Assembly (NCBI GenBank): GCA_038826135.1
Contig: JAWBON010000070.1
Location: 1-6,195 of the forward strand
DNA: 6,195 nt
Direction of reading: 5' to 3'
Origin: Candidatus Odinarchaeota archaeon
GTDB lineage: Archaea; Asgardarchaeota; Odinarchaeia; Odinarchaeales; Odinarchaeaceae
Part shown: piece after piece, positions 6,154 through 6,195 of the stretch
Numbering within the stretch: the first letter of the stretch is position 1
How the letters are laid out: every line of letters starts with the position of its first letter
Notes under the pieces: model-generated
Told to the model about the DNA's origin: nothing
The model's input: only the letters and a program-made list of their open reading frames with translations
The model's database searches: none
Program-made: the position numbers and the translations under genes

Positions 6154-6195
6154 AGTTAGGAAAATATTGAAAGTTGAATCTGAAACTGAGAATAT
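6140..6195 (+). CDS. pyrK: Probable DHODH electron-transfer subunit PyrK; 5' fragment, runs off the right edge
   Basis: TTG at 6140, 6 nt after GAGGG and overlapping the pyrD stop by 14 bp, reads MHTPKVRKILKVESETEN. This fits the ferredoxin-reductase-type N-terminus P-x3-(K/R)I-x2-(V/I)-x2-E(T/S), and family 1B PyrD is expected to have a PyrK partner. Only 18 codons are visible. Confidence 0.6.
   Translation, partial: MHTPKVRKILKVESETEN

Noticed and set aside
1-6195. CRISPR array, tRNA/rRNA, transposase, integrase or terminal inverted repeats
   Set aside because: No regularly spaced repeats, cloverleaf or mobile-element motifs seen; all intergenic gaps are 132 bp or shorter.

Overview
Gene-dense, AT-rich window that looks archaeal (TATA/BRE-like promoters, GGTG/GGAG ribosome-binding sites, a GPN-loop GTPase, an archaeal coiled-coil family, a split ADP-forming acyl-CoA synthetase); finer taxonomy cannot be set from the sequence. 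Gene order: partial MBL-fold metallo-hydrolase (-, missed by the ORF track), COG1340-type coiled-coil protein (-), TatD hydrolase (-), 422-aa hypothetical (+), acyl-CoA synthetase beta subunit (-), GPN GTPase (-), pyrD (+), and the first 18 codons of a probable pyrK (+, also missed). No RNA genes, CRISPR array or mobile element are seen. Two observations stand out. (1) The 422-aa protein appears to be four tandem ~100-aa helical modules resembling AAA+/MCM lid domains, with no ATPase core. (2) The coiled-coil protein has mirror-symmetric Asn/His spacing around a central motif that resembles, from memory, eukaryotic PPI1/Bfr1-family proteins.
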